From Nanopusillaceae archaeon (GTDB lineage Archaea; Nanobdellota; Nanobdellia; Nanobdellales; Nanobdellaceae): a stretch of DNA of 12,580 bases. The notes below the pieces were generated by a model, which did not search any database, had not been told where the DNA came from, and saw only the letters and a list, made by a program, of their open reading frames with translations. The DNA lies in the NCBI GenBank assembly GCA_038833255.1, contig JAWBIX010000010.1, positions 1 to 12,580 on the forward strand, given 5' to 3'. Positions 5,413 to 12,580 of this stretch are shown in pieces (the first letter of the stretch is position 1; the number at the start of each line of letters is the position of its first letter). The position numbers and the translations under genes are program-made.

Positions 5413-6390
5413 CTATACGTCTCTTATTCCTTCATCAACTATTCTAAATATAGCTTCTCTTTCTGGTAAATGTGGTGCATCTATAAGTCTAGCAATTCTT
5501 GTTTTTTCTTTACCCCTTCTTAAGAATAGTCTATAAGTTATGGCATGTGCTAAAACATGTCCACCAACAGCCTGAACTAAATCCAATCCAAAAAATCCAT
5601 CAGGTTTTGCCATAACTTGATTAGTAACATATACAGCAAGATTGTAAACTGTTGCAATTTTTAATAAATCTCTAAGATGCTGATTTAATTTTTGCTGTCT
5701 CTCTGCTAAAACTCCTCTACCAACATATTCTGCTCTAAAATGAGCAGTAATTGAATCTATTACTATTAATCTTATATTGTTTCCTTCTTGAATTAATTTT
5801 GGTATTTTTTTAATAACTCTCATTTGATGATCCGTATTAAATACTTTAACATAAAATATATTTCTAAGAGTTTTTTCAGGATCTAAACCTAAAGCTTTAG
5901 CCATACTTTCTATTCTTTCTGGTCTAAAAGTTCCTTCACTATCTATATAAACTACTTTGACCTCAGGATCATTTGAAGTTGCCAATCCTCCTCTCTCTTT
6001 AGGAAGTTGAACATTAACAGATAACTGATGGCCTAATTGTGTTTTTCCACTACCAAATTCTCCAAAAGCTTCTAAAATTGCCTGAGTTTCAACACCTCCT
6101 CCTAATAAATCATCTAAAGCATTAGAACCTGTAGTTATTCTTTCTACATTTTTTCTACTTAAGTAAAAATCGTATGCTGACATAAATCCTTTTCCTACAA
6201 TTTCATCTGCTATTTCTATCAATTTCTTGGCTGTTTCTTCTCCTAAACCAGCTCTTTCAACTAATTCATGAACAGAAGACATTGCAAGATCTTCTATAGT
6301 ATATATTCCGATTTCTCTTAATTTTTGGGCCGTTTTTGGACCAACTCCTGGAAGATCTTCCAACCTTTTAGGTAGCTCTTCTTTTGGCAT
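5413..6390 (-). CDS. radA: DNA repair and recombination protein RadA
   Basis: 325 aa. The N-terminal HhH module is [27 protein letters not shown]. Walker A is GEFGSGKTQ and Walker B is RLIVIDS. The L2-type region is NQVMAKPD...GGHVLAH. This is the canonical archaeal RadA/Rad51 layout. Confidence 0.95.
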   Translation of the reverse strand: MPKEELPKRLEDLPGVGPKTAQKLREIGIYTIEDLAMSSVHELVERAGLGEETAKKLIEIADEIVGKGFMSAYDFYLSRKNVERITTGSNALDDLLGGGVETQAILEAFGEFGSGKTQLGHQLSVNVQLPKERGGLATSNDPEVKVVYIDSEGTFRPERIESMAKALGLDPEKTLRNIFYVKVFNTDHQMRVIKKIPKLIQEGNNIRLIVIDSITAHFRAEYVGRGVLAERQQKLNQHLRDLLKIATVYNLAVYVTNQVMAKPDGFFGLDLVQAVGGHVLAHAITYRLFLRRGKEKTRIARLIDAPHLPEREAIFRIVDEGIRDV

Positions 6391-6425
6391 TTTTCATATC
6401 TATATTTGAATGTTATAAATCTTAT

Positions 6426-7031
6426 CTATATTTTTAAAAAACTTTTTTCCAAAAGATTTATTATACTTTCTTTAGAAAAGCTTTTTGATTCTAGATAAAA
6501 AAGTTGATCCTCTGTTAATTTAATTTTTTTAGATGAGTGTTTTACTATACACTTTTTTTCTTTCACATCTAAAATTGGTAGATTTATTATTTTCCCATTT
6601 TTAAACATCATAAAATATTGATTTAATTCTATTTCTGAATTTAAAGCTTCTTCTGGAACTATTAATCTATATATATTAACATATTCCCCTAAAACTAAAG
6701 TTTTTTCTAATATTTTTGCTTTAGATTGTTTGTTGCCTATTATTTCTAAAGCCAAACAAGTCTTACTAAGAATTTTTCCAAAGATATTTAAATCTAACTC
6801 TGAATTATTAGACAAAGATATAGAAACATAAGATATTGCATTTTTTAATTTCGATACATCCAAAATAATTTTAGATTTTCCAATTAAATTAATTTTTATA
6901 ATATTAGCAGAATTTTCTCTAAAATTTATAACAAAATTTTCATCTTTTATATTAATTTCCTTTTTATTTATATCTAAATTCTCAAATTCCTTTGGAAAAT
7001 ATTTTCCAAATATTTTAACCAATTCCTCCAT
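6426..7031 (-). CDS. sufD: truncated SufD-like (SufBD family) Fe-S assembly protein
   Basis: 201 aa, overlapping the sufB 3' end by 17 nt. The C-terminus KLTEDQLFYLESKSFSKESIINLLEKSF is paralogous to the SufB C-terminus LDEERIFYLESKGIEKNKATKLAILGYF. Its position after sufC-sufB matches sufD. It is only about half the usual SufD length. Confidence 0.55.
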   Translation of the reverse strand: MEELVKIFGKYFPKEFENLDINKKEINIKDENFVINFRENSANIIKINLIGKSKIILDVSKLKNAISYVSISLSNNSELDLNIFGKILSKTCLALEIIGNKQSKAKILEKTLVLGEYVNIYRLIVPEEALNSEIELNQYFMMFKNGKIINLPILDVKEKKCIVKHSSKKIKLTEDQLFYLESKSFSKESIINLLEKSFLKI

Positions 7032-8367
7032 ATTTTTCTAAATCTAGATTTATTGCTCTTTTTATTTCTAATTTATATAAATCTGGCAAATTATTAGCTA
7101 TATCCTCAAAATATCCTAAGATTGCTAGTTTTGTTGCTTTATTTTTTTCTATTCCTTTACTCTCTAAATAAAATATTCTCTCTTCGTCTAAATATTCTGT
7201 TTTACTTTCATTATTATAATAGAAGTCTTCTTCTTCTATAATAAATCTTGGATAAGATTCTACCTTTCCTGCAAATAAAAGAGATTTACAACTACTATTA
7301 ACCATGGAATTTTTTGCTCCTTTAGATGCATATATATCTATCCTATGAACTATCTTTGAGTTTTTATCTAAACAAATTCCTATAGAATTTATGATGGCTC
7401 TAGAATTCTTTCCATGAAAATAAACCTTTCCACCGCTATCAAAAATTTGTCCTTCTTTAGCCATCGAAAAGGAATATACTTCTGCTGATGAATTATTATT
7501 GAGGATAACACTAGGATATAACATTGTAACTTTACTACCAAGCTCTACAGAAATCCATCTTATTCTGCCTTCATCTTCAACGTATGCTCTCTTTGTTGGT
7601 AAATTGTATACATTTCTAGACCAATTTTGTAGTGTAATATAATTAACATTAGCATTCTTATGTACATAAACCTCCACAACAGCAGCATGTAAAGAAGCAG
7701 TTGAATATATTGGTGCTGAACATCCTTCTACATACGTTAAACTACTATTTTCTTCAGCAATAATTAATGTTCTTTCAAATTGTCCTATACCTTCCAAGTT
7801 TATTCTAAAGTATGCATGAAGTGGTATATCCACTTTTACATTTTTTGGAACATATATAAAAACTCCTCCAGACCAAACAGCGGTATTTAAAGCAGAATAT
7901 TTATTCTCTGAATAAGAAATTATCTTTGAAAAATATTTTTTTATAATTTCTGGGTATTCTTTGATAGCTTCCGACATTGACATAAAAATTACACCTATGC
8001 TTTCCAAATATTCTTTTATTTTTCTAAAAATTGGAGATGAATCATATTGAAATACTACACCTCCAAAATATTTTTCTATATATTCTTTATCTAAACCGAG
8101 CTTTCTATATGTTTCTCTTATAAATTCTGGCAAATCTTCCCACTTAACTGGTTTTGGGTATATTAAAGGAGACCCAAAATATATTATTTTATTAAAATCT
8201 ATTTTAGATAAATCTGGACCCCAAGCCGGATTTTCAAGCTTTTTAAAATATTCTAATCCTTTTAACCTATAATCCAAAACCCAATCCGGCTCATCTAAAA
8301 TACTATGTATCTCTCTAACAATTTCTTCATTCAACTCCCCTTTTAATATTTTTTTATATTCACTCAT
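7015..8367 (-). CDS. sufB: Fe-S cluster assembly scaffold protein SufB
   Basis: 450 aa with typical SufB blocks: WGPDLSKIDF, SAL-NTAVWSGGVFIYVPKNVKVDIPLHAYFRIN, FERTLIIAEENSSLTYVEGCSAP, MLYPSVIL, and the C-terminal FYLESKGI. ATG overlaps the sufC stop (ATGAGTGA). Confidence 0.9.
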   Translation of the reverse strand: MSEYKKILKGELNEEIVREIHSILDEPDWVLDYRLKGLEYFKKLENPAWGPDLSKIDFNKIIYFGSPLIYPKPVKWEDLPEFIRETYRKLGLDKEYIEKYFGGVVFQYDSSPIFRKIKEYLESIGVIFMSMSEAIKEYPEIIKKYFSKIISYSENKYSALNTAVWSGGVFIYVPKNVKVDIPLHAYFRINLEGIGQFERTLIIAEENSSLTYVEGCSAPIYSTASLHAAVVEVYVHKNANVNYITLQNWSRNVYNLPTKRAYVEDEGRIRWISVELGSKVTMLYPSVILNNNSSAEVYSFSMAKEGQIFDSGGKVYFHGKNSRAIINSIGICLDKNSKIVHRIDIYASKGAKNSMVNSSCKSLLFAGKVESYPRFIIEEEDFYYNNESKTEYLDEERIFYLESKGIEKNKATKLAILGYFEDIANNLPDLYKLEIKRAINLDLEKYGGIG

Positions 8368-9028
8368 AACTTATCTTTCTTATACTTTCTGGCTTTTCAG
8401 AACCAACTATTTTTCCATTCTTCATAATGTAGAGCTTATCTGGTAAAAAATTTTTAAAAAGACGATTTGTATGAGTAATTATTATTACACACTTCCCTGC
8501 TTCTTTTAATTTTTTTATAATTTCAGAAACTTTCCTTATAGATTCTTCATCTAATCCAGAATCAGGTTCATCAAATACATAAACTTTATAATCTCTTAAC
8601 AAAGATAATAAGATTTCGAATTTTTTTCTTTCTCCTCCAGATAAGCCATAATTTACCCCTCTGTTAATTATATCTTCTGGAAGTTCTAAGTAATGTATTA
8701 GGTCTTCTACTTTTTCTCTATTTTCATAAAAACTTTCTAAAAAGATACCTGTATTTAAATATTCTATTTCTGGAGGATATTGAAAAGCAAAATATATCTT
8801 CTCTGCTATTTTATAAGTTTCTAGATTTGTTATATCTTCTCCATCTAATATTATTTTACCTTCTTTTCTTAATCTTCTATCATTCAGTATTGCTCTAGCT
8901 AAAGTTGATTTTCCAGATCCATTAGGACCAATAATAACAGATATTTCAGAATATTTAAACTCTGCATTTATATTTTCTAAAATCTTTTTATTATCTATCC
9001 AAACATTTAAATTTTTTATTAAAAGCAT
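8360..9028 (-). CDS. sufC: Fe-S cluster assembly ATPase SufC
   Basis: Walker A GPNGSGKST, ABC signature LSGGERKK, Walker B VYVFDEPDSGLD, H-loop ITHT. There is no TM domain. It lies immediately upstream of sufB. Confidence 0.9.
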   Translation of the reverse strand: MLLIKNLNVWIDNKKILENINAEFKYSEISVIIGPNGSGKSTLARAILNDRRLRKEGKIILDGEDITNLETYKIAEKIYFAFQYPPEIEYLNTGIFLESFYENREKVEDLIHYLELPEDIINRGVNYGLSGGERKKFEILLSLLRDYKVYVFDEPDSGLDEESIRKVSEIIKKLKEAGKCVIIITHTNRLFKNFLPDKLYIMKNGKIVGSEKPESIRKISYE

Positions 9029-9034
9029 AAAGAC

Positions 9035-9574
9035 TTAAATTTTTTCTCTTATTGCTGCTAATCTTTTTCTATTTCTTGGAGTTAATCCTCTCAAAGCTCT
9101 TTTTCTATGTTTTGGCATAGTAATCCAAGAATATTCTTCTCTAGATAAAATTGATGGTTCATTTGGATCAATTAAAATTACTTCATACCATTTATAAATT
9201 CCGTCCTCTCCAACATAATATGAGTTTAAAACTTCTAAGTTAGGATATTTTCTAGCAGCTCTTTGTTCTGCAATAACTTGTAAAGGTATATCTAAAGGTC
9301 TATACCATCTATAATTTTTTGGTTTTCTTCCTCTAGGAAATTCTTTTCTTTTTCTCCATCCCTTTTTAACCCTAACTCTAACCAAAATTATTCCTCTAAT
9401 TGGTTTCCATCCAAGTCTTCTAGCTCTATCTAATCTTGTTGGTCTTTCTATTCTAACTATTGCTGGCTCTCTTCTCCATCTACTTATTCTTTCTTTCCAC
9501 AATCTAATTAAATTTGGATCTTTAGATTTATTTTTCCAAGTTCTAGAAATATAAAAATAAAAAGATTTTGACAT
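9035..9574 (-). CDS. rpl15e: 50S ribosomal protein L15e
   Basis: MSKSFYFYISRTWK...RLWKERISRWRREPAIVRIERPTRLDRARRLGWKPIRGIILVRVRVKKG...YPNLEVLNSYYVGEDG..KWYEVILIDP is the conserved L15e pattern. Confidence 0.9.
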   Translation of the reverse strand: MSKSFYFYISRTWKNKSKDPNLIRLWKERISRWRREPAIVRIERPTRLDRARRLGWKPIRGIILVRVRVKKGWRKRKEFPRGRKPKNYRWYRPLDIPLQVIAEQRAARKYPNLEVLNSYYVGEDGIYKWYEVILIDPNEPSILSREEYSWITMPKHRKRALRGLTPRNRKRLAAIREKI

Positions 9575-9584
9575 CTTATTTTTG

Positions 9585-9818
9585 TTATTTAGCCTCTTTT
9601 TCTTCTTCCTTAAGCTCCTTTTCTATTTCCGCTAGTTCTTTTTCTAATTTTTTATCTTCATATCCTATCCATAATAATAATAAACCAATTAACAATATAA
9701 TTGGTCCTATTGCCCCTTTTAACACAAATATTACTTCCTCTAACCAATAATATATCCCTAATATACCTAATAGAGTTAATACTATTCCTATTATGACTTC
9801 GAGCAACCATTCTTTCAT
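9585..9818 (-). CDS. hypothetical small membrane protein (2 TM helices plus charged coiled-coil-like tail)
   Basis: 77 aa with two clean hydrophobic segments followed by EDKKLEKELAEIEKELKEEEKEAK. It ends 10 nt upstream of rpl15e on the same strand. A TATA-like TTTTAAAA is centred about 26 nt upstream of its ATG. No family recognised. Confidence 0.5.
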   Translation of the reverse strand: MKEWLLEVIIGIVLTLLGILGIYYWLEEVIFVLKGAIGPIILLIGLLLLWIGYEDKKLEKELAEIEKELKEEEKEAK

Positions 9819-9847
9819 TTAAGTTTTTATATAACAATCTTTTTAAA

Positions 9848-10738
9848 ATGATTGATTTAGATAGTTTCATAAAAGAATTAATAAACCAAATTCCTGAAGG
9901 GAGAATTTCTACATTTAAATGTATTTCAGATGCTTTAGGGAGTCATTATGCAATAAAATATGTTGCTTCTATATATAAAAAACTTGAATGTCCGTGGTGG
10001 AGAGTTGTTAATGAATCTGGAATTGTAAATGATGATTTTCAAAAGAAAAAGCTAATTGAAGAAGGAATAGAGATTATAAATAATAAAATAGATATAAAAA
10101 AATATCTTTTTAAAGATTTTAAAATAAAAATAAAACCACTAGAATATTTAAGAAAGATTCAAATTGAGATGTCTAAAAAGATTTCTTTAAATGACGAGTT
10201 TGAAAAAATAGAATATATTGGTGGCGTTGATATTGGATATAAAAATAATGTTGCAAAAGTTGTTTATGTAATATTAGACAAAAATCTTATTTTATTGAAA
10301 AAGTATATTTTTATAGAAAAGATAGAGTTTCCATATATTCCTACGTTTTTATCTTTTAGAGAAGGAGAACCGATAATTAAAACATTTAATAAAATCGATA
10401 AAATTGATATTTTATTTGTAAATGGTTTTGGAATAGCCCATCCTGTTAAAATGGGATTGGCAAGTTGGATTGGAGTAAAATTAGATATACCAACAATTGG
10501 TATAACAAAATCTCTTTTATATGGAAAGGTAGTAGAAGATAAAATAATTGATGAAAAAAGTAACGAAATTTTAGGATATGTTATTAGAAAGTTTAATAAA
10601 AAAATTTATACATCTCCTGGAAACAAAGTTTCGTTAAAAACTTGTAAAGAATTATCAGAAAGATTTTGGATTAAAGGAAATTATCCAGAGCCAATAAGAC
10701 TTGCTGATGAGATTAGTAAAAAAATATCTATTCCTTAA
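9848..10738 (+). CDS. nfi: fusion protein: N-terminal alkyltransferase-like (MGMT DNA-binding fold, no acceptor Cys) domain plus C-terminal endonuclease V
   Basis: The N-terminal about 75 aa read FIKELINQIPEGRISTFKCISDALGSHYAIKYVASIYKKLECPWWRVVNESG. This follows the MGMT C-domain pattern (IP-G---tY--iA--lG ... PCHRVv---G) but has PWWRV in place of PCHRV. The remainder aligns unambiguously to endonuclease V: GGVDIGY, FPYIPTFLSFREGEP, VNGFGIAHPVKMGLASWIG, IPTIGITKSLLYG, PEPIRLAD. Confidence 0.85.
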   Translation: MIDLDSFIKELINQIPEGRISTFKCISDALGSHYAIKYVASIYKKLECPWWRVVNESGIVNDDFQKKKLIEEGIEIINNKIDIKKYLFKDFKIKIKPLEYLRKIQIEMSKKISLNDEFEKIEYIGGVDIGYKNNVAKVVYVILDKNLILLKKYIFIEKIEFPYIPTFLSFREGEPIIKTFNKIDKIDILFVNGFGIAHPVKMGLASWIGVKLDIPTIGITKSLLYGKVVEDKIIDEKSNEILGYVIRKFNKKIYTSPGNKVSLKTCKELSERFWIKGNYPEPIRLADEISKKISIP

Positions 10739-11129
10739 AAATTTGCACTATTATTTTTTCTCCAACATCCCAAACTAGCACTCTATTTCCTTCCACAATC
10801 TTCCCTTTTAATTCATCATTAACTACTTTTGCTTCAAAAGTTTCATATGTTTCCATATCCATAACCAAATATACATTATCTGAAATTTTAGAAACAACTT
10901 GTCCTTTTATTTTTCTAATAACTGGAACTTCTATTGGATCTTGGGTTGGTTTAACTATTTCGGCAACTTTTCCAGATGTTATAGATCTCATAACAACTCT
11001 TGCTTTTGCAGATCCGTGCTTTCCTGTTTTTGAAGTTTCTATTTCCAATACTTCATAAACTTCGTTATTATACCATACGTATGATCCTTTTCTTAAATCT
11101 ATTACTTTTTTTATTTGTATCTCTGGCAT
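10728..11129 (-). CDS. eif5a: translation initiation factor 5A (aIF5A)
   Basis: 133 aa. The hypusine loop TSKTGKHGSAKARV places the modifiable Lys at residue 37. There is an N-terminal SH3-like region and a C-terminal OB-like region (KGQVVSK...YLVMDMETYETFE). The 3' end overlaps the convergent nfi gene by 11 nt. Confidence 0.9.
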   Translation of the reverse strand: MPEIQIKKVIDLRKGSYVWYNNEVYEVLEIETSKTGKHGSAKARVVMRSITSGKVAEIVKPTQDPIEVPVIRKIKGQVVSKISDNVYLVMDMETYETFEAKVVNDELKGKIVEGNRVLVWDVGEKIIVQIFKE

Positions 11130-11162
11130 AAGATATTAAAAATAAACTAAAATTTAAATAAT

Positions 11163-12359
11163 ATGTTAATTCATAAAGAAATCTTAGATAACGGAATAGA
11201 ATTATATTCTATTCCAATAAAAGGAGTAAATACAATAGGAATTGCTATTGTAGTAAATATAGGAAGTATATATGAAGAATCTGAATATAGAGGAATTTCG
11301 CATTTTTTAGAACATATGATGTTCAAATCAAATAAAAAATATAGTTATGAGCAAATAGATCTTGGGTTAGAATTAAACGGAGGGATTGCAAATGGTTTTA
11401 CTTCAAAGGACTGTACAGAATATGTTGTAGAATGTTCAAAAGGCGGGTTTGAAAATATTATTGATATTTTGTATTCGATGTTTGAAAATAAAGAATATAA
11501 AGAAGAAGAATTCGAAAATGAAAAAAAAGTAATTATGAGTGAAATAGAAAGAATAAACAACGATCCTGAGAGTAAATTATCTATATTAGTTAAAAAAAGC
11601 GTTTTTGGAGATTCAGATTATGGAGATGATATTGGAGGGACTAGAGAGACAATTCAAAATATAACAAAAGATATTTTAGAAGAATTTAAAGAGAAATATT
11701 ATACTCCAAAAAATATGACAATCTTTTTAGAAGGAAATGTTACTAAAAAAGATATAGAAATTGTTAAAAAATATTTTTCAAAATTAGAGGGAGATAAACC
11801 AAAATTAAAAAAACCTTCTATAGGAAAAGGAAGAGACATAACAGAATATATGGATACGAAAAATCAAATATATTATTCTTTAGGAATAGATTTTAACATA
11901 GATGACTTCTTTGATCTCTTAACTTTATCTGTATTATTATCTGGAGGAATGTCCTCTAAAACATTTCAAATATTCAGAAATAAATATGGAATAGGGTATC
12001 ATATTGATTTAGGATTTGCAGGTCAGTATCCCGATAAAGTTATATATAATTTGGAGATTCCGGGATTTGAAACTGAAAAAGAAAAAGTTTTGTATAATGC
12101 CATAGAAGATTTTGTAAATTCTAAAGTAGATGAAACCTATATTAATGGAAGACTTAAAAGATATGAATTAAAATTTGAAAAAAAGAGAAAGGATGTATTT
12201 GAAAGACTTTTAGTAGATCCAATTGGATATAAAAGGTTTAGAGTAATATATGACAACATTTTAGAGATTGTAAAAGAAAAATCAAAAGATTTTGAAAGTT
12301 TAAGAAAAAAATTAGAAAAATTATTGGATGGTTATGAAGTATGGATAAGACAGAAATAA
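11163..12359 (+). CDS. M16 (pitrilysin/insulinase) family zinc peptidase
   Basis: The inverted zinc motif HFLEH sits in GISHFLEHMMFKS. The downstream block GGIANGFTSKDCTEY is typical of M16 (GG--NA-Ts-d-T-Y). A glutamate-rich segment follows (EEEFENEKKVIMSEIE). The about 400 aa size fits a two-lobed single-chain archaeal/bacterial M16B-like peptidase. Confidence 0.8.
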   Translation: MLIHKEILDNGIELYSIPIKGVNTIGIAIVVNIGSIYEESEYRGISHFLEHMMFKSNKKYSYEQIDLGLELNGGIANGFTSKDCTEYVVECSKGGFENIIDILYSMFENKEYKEEEFENEKKVIMSEIERINNDPESKLSILVKKSVFGDSDYGDDIGGTRETIQNITKDILEEFKEKYYTPKNMTIFLEGNVTKKDIEIVKKYFSKLEGDKPKLKKPSIGKGRDITEYMDTKNQIYYSLGIDFNIDDFFDLLTLSVLLSGGMSSKTFQIFRNKYGIGYHIDLGFAGQYPDKVIYNLEIPGFETEKEKVLYNAIEDFVNSKVDETYINGRLKRYELKFEKKRKDVFERLLVDPIGYKRFRVIYDNILEIVKEKSKDFESLRKKLEKLLDGYEVWIRQK

Positions 12360-12580
12360 ATAATATAATAAAAAAAATAATATCTTTTTCTGATAAAATT
12401 GAAGATAAATTAGCCGCTCCAGAAATATGGAAAAATTTTAAAGATCCATTTAAAGTTTTAATAACAGCAATAATATCTATAAGAGTTAGAGAAGAAACGA
12501 CAATAAAAGTTTCTGAGAAATTTTTCAATAGATTTAAAACTTTGGAAGATATAAGAAATTCTAGTGAAGATGAAATAAAA
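12341..12580 (+). CDS. nth: endonuclease III (Nth, HhH-GPD superfamily), N-terminal fragment running off the window
   Basis: Not in the ORF track because it is open at the window edge. ATG 12341 opens MDKTEINNIIKKIISFSDKIEDKLAAPEIWKNFKDPFKVLITAIISIRVREETTIKVSEKFFNRFKTLEDIRNSSEDEIK. The block DPF-vLI-tILS-rt-D-tt--v---LF--f-t-e-la-a--eei is the standard start of Nth. It overlaps the M16 gene 3' end by 19 nt in another frame. Confidence 0.7.
   Translation, partial: MDKTEINNIIKKIISFSDKIEDKLAAPEIWKNFKDPFKVLITAIISIRVREETTIKVSEKFFNRFKTLEDIRNSSEDEIK

Noticed and set aside
9568-9750. 60-aa plus-strand Ser/Phe-rich ORF
   Set aside because: It is antisense to the Glu/Lys-rich tail of the small membrane protein and to the rpl15e start. 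The Ser/Phe/Leu repeats are simply the complement of the GAA/AAA-rich coding strand.
9658-9870. 70-aa minus-strand ORF
   Set aside because: It overlaps the 77-aa membrane ORF in another frame and crosses the nfi start and promoter region. It has no TM or domain signal. The alternative frame has clean TM helices and operon context.
11345-11560. 71-aa minus-strand ORF
   Set aside because: Antisense shadow inside the M16 peptidase gene, directly opposite its conserved N-terminal lobe.
12238-12528. 96-aa minus-strand ORF
   Set aside because: It is antisense to the 3' end of the M16 gene and to the N-terminus of endonuclease III. The plus-strand frame there carries the recognisable DPF-VLI-AIIS Nth motif.
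1-12580. Numerous TATA-like A/T octamers and short A/T palindromes throughout the window
   Set aside because: At this base composition such strings occur everywhere. I report only those at a consistent distance of about 26 nt from a first-gene ATG or the tRNA 5' end, and even those carry modest confidence.
5413-12580. Possible DNA-repair island (radA, ATL-EndoV fusion and nth within about 7 kb)
   Set aside because: The three genes are on different strands and in different transcription units, separated by Fe-S assembly, ribosomal and translation-factor genes. In a very small, dense genome this proximity is not evidence of a functional cluster.

Overview
AT-rich, very tightly packed archaeal chromosome segment. 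The archaeal assignment rests on RadA, ribosomal proteins S8e and L15e, an Sm-like protein, aIF5A, and a tRNA with a bulge-helix-bulge intron. I support 18 protein genes, two of them partial at the window edges and absent from the ORF track. These are a phosphohexomutase N-terminus at 1..239 (-) and an endonuclease III N-terminus at 12341..12580 (+). There is also one intron-containing tRNA-Leu(UAA). In the 75-nt spacer at 665..739 I found a candidate box C/D sRNA. Both of its 12-nt guides are complementary to the tRNA-Leu encoded 2.4 kb away in this window, and the N+5 rule places ribose methylation at wobble U34 and at U44. This is the strongest unannotated signal I see. Other points of interest: (1) an alkyltransferase-like domain (active-site Cys replaced by Trp) fused to an endonuclease V whose third metal ligand is Asn; (2) a half-size SufD in a sufCBD operon; (3) a secreted CWB2-repeat protein with a 6-Cys tail; (4) an internally duplicated 4-TM protein; (5) a palindromic BRE-TATA-BRE element between the tRNA and rps8e. 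Genes overlap by 1-19 nt, including one convergent 3'-3' overlap. I saw no CRISPR array, rRNA, transposase or integrase. The GC-saturated tRNA stems in an AT-rich genome, together with the compaction, suggest a thermophilic small-genome archaeon, perhaps Nanoarchaeota/DPANN-like. That taxonomic guess is low confidence.
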